NCBI GenBank assembly: GCA_049296775.1
Contig: JBAQTB010000003.1
Coordinates: 12,766-76,765, forward strand
Direction: 5' to 3'
Origin: Patescibacteria group bacterium
GTDB taxonomy: Bacteria > Patescibacteriota > Patescibacteriia > UBA9934
DNA: 64,000 nt
Positions within the stretch are counted from its first letter, which is position 1. The number at the start of each line of letters is the position of its first letter. The notes under the pieces are model-generated. The model saw only the letters and a list, made by a program, of their open reading frames with translations, did not search any database and was not told where the DNA came from. The position numbers and the translations under genes are program-made. Positions 62,924-64,000 of the stretch are shown in pieces.

Positions 62924-63550
62924 ATGAAGGTTTATACTACCTTTGTGACTCGGCGATTTTTTATGAAGATACCTGAAAGCATTTCTTTGACTCGAGATGG
63001 TCAATATTGTCTTACATGTTTCAATGAAACAATTGAACGTTATTTTGATGGCGGAAGAACATTTTATACTTGCTCTTCTTGCGATGCTGTGGATGCACGA
63101 AGTTTAGTCATAGATAAAAAGATCACAGCTTGGGTTGATGAAGATGGGACTTATTGGCATGAAAGTGTTGGAGTGATTATTGAAAATGGGGCAGGACAGA
63201 TATTTTGTATCTTACGAACTCTGTATCCGTTTGCTTATGCGGTGCCAGCGGGACACCTGGATACGGGTGAAAATGCTGACGGAGCTGCACAAAGAGAAGT
63301 GCAAGAAGAGATCGGTATTTTATTGCCGGATCTTAAGTTTTTAGGTCGTTTTCCGATTCGAGGAGATCAATGTCGACGAGGCTGTGATGATCACATGTGG
63401 AATTTATTTACAGCAAAGCAACCAAGTGATTTTAAGCCTAAACTTTCTGATGAAGCGTCACGTTGGGTATGGATGTCAAAAGAAGAGATTATGAGCAGAC
63501 ATGACATGGCTTTTCCGATGCAATATCTAATGAATAATTATTTGAATTAA
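62924..63550 (+). CDS. NUDIX hydrolase with N-terminal zinc ribbon (NudC-like)
   Basis: CLTCFN...CSSCD zinc ribbon; Nudix box AVPAGHLDTGENADGAAQREVQEEIGI. The ORF-track start 62915 is TTG; the ATG is at 62924. Confidence 0.7.
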   Translation: MKVYTTFVTRRFFMKIPESISLTRDGQYCLTCFNETIERYFDGGRTFYTCSSCDAVDARSLVIDKKITAWVDEDGTYWHESVGVIIENGAGQIFCILRTLYPFAYAVPAGHLDTGENADGAAQREVQEEIGILLPDLKFLGRFPIRGDQCRRGCDDHMWNLFTAKQPSDFKPKLSDEASRWVWMSKEEIMSRHDMAFPMQYLMNNYLN

Positions 63551-63560
63551 TAGATTATCT

Positions 63561-64000
63561 ATGACCTCACTTAAACGGCCGTTGGTGATTATTACGGCGA
63601 TTGCGGTCGCGATTGTGTTGGTGACGGTGGTGATTATCTCTTTTTATGGTGCTTGGTATGACGAATGGAGTGGTTATAACGACAGTGCTTTGCTAGGGGA
63701 TGGGGCCTGTAATATCGCGGTGATTCCGTTGGTGGGCGAAATTACGGCTTATGATGGTGGCACGTATGAGGAAGTAGATTTTGAGGATTTAAGTTTAGTG
63801 TCAGCTGATCAGGTGATCGCCAAACTGCGTGAGGCTGAGGCCAATGATCAGATTGATGGGGTGGTGGTGCAGATTGATTCTGGGGGCGGCGGACCGGTGG
63901 CGTCTGAGATGTTGGCGAATACTCTCAAGCGCTTAGACGTTCCGTCTGTGGCTTTGATCCGAGAACTTGGAGCTTCTGGTGGTTACTTAACGGCCACCGG
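63561..64000 (+). CDS. sppA: Signal peptide peptidase SppA (S49 family), 5' partial: continues past the window end
   Basis: N-terminal TM helix, then the ClpP/crotonase-like S49 region (AVIPLVGEI..., DGVVVQIDSGGGGPVASE, LGASGGY). Confidence 0.7.
   Translation, partial: MTSLKRPLVIITAIAVAIVLVTVVIISFYGAWYDEWSGYNDSALLGDGACNIAVIPLVGEITAYDGGTYEEVDFEDLSLVSADQVIAKLREAEANDQIDGVVVQIDSGGGGPVASEMLANTLKRLDVPSVALIRELGASGGYLTAT

Noticed and set aside
1-64000. rRNA genes, transposases, restriction-modification or other recognisable defence islands
   Set aside because: None seen. No 16S/23S/5S signatures, no DDE/serine recombinase, methyltransferase-endonuclease pairs or cas genes in any frame.

Overview
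This 64-kb window reads like a gene-dense, streamlined bacterial chromosome segment of about 50% GC. Almost everything is housekeeping: replication and repair (dnaB, dnaG, ligA, recJ, rnhA), translation and tRNA modification (lepA, typA, gatCA, mnmA, trhO, an RluA-family synthase, hpf), one-carbon metabolism (glyA, folD), peptidoglycan synthesis (murB, murC, murI, uppP), protein export (secA, secD, secF, lgt, a DsbA-like protein, sppA), a short type IV pilus block (pilM, pseudo-receiver, pilin-like, pilD), rpoD, three tRNAs (Pro-GGG, Ser-GGA, Asn-GTT), three NUDIX hydrolases and a secreted thermonuclease. Gene content and the many small lineage-specific ORFs fit a small-genome, Patescibacteria/CPR-like organism; that placement is inference only. 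There is no rRNA, no CRISPR array and no intact transposase or integrase.

The features not explained by standard annotation are these:
1. A roughly 245-nt element with four nested helices occurs twice, 60-70 nt upstream of lepA and of ligA, and the helices are preserved between copies by compensatory substitutions. I think it is a structured RNA family.
2. Tandem roughly 85-nt hairpin repeat units sit directly on the encoded CCA of tRNA-Pro and tRNA-Ser.
3. SecD carries two parvulin-type PPIase modules inserted in its periplasmic domain.
4. A two-gene module (membrane protein plus a soluble TraD/VirD4-like P-loop ATPase with a zinc ribbon and basic tail) follows secDF.
5. A triplicated family of small coiled-coil proteins is accompanied by a recombination relic of a fourth copy.
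6. A GC-rich island with an intrinsic terminator lies on the minus strand upstream of a glyA operon.
7. Several proteins carry lysine/alanine-rich or Pro-rich low-complexity tails (a PEBP-H1-like fusion, RpoD, the T4CP-like ATPase, DnaB).
8. A disturbed tRNA-Asn locus has duplicated tRNA ends, and nearby GC-atypical cupin genes are flanked by 17-bp direct repeats.

Every call is from reading the sequence and ORF translations; no database search was run.
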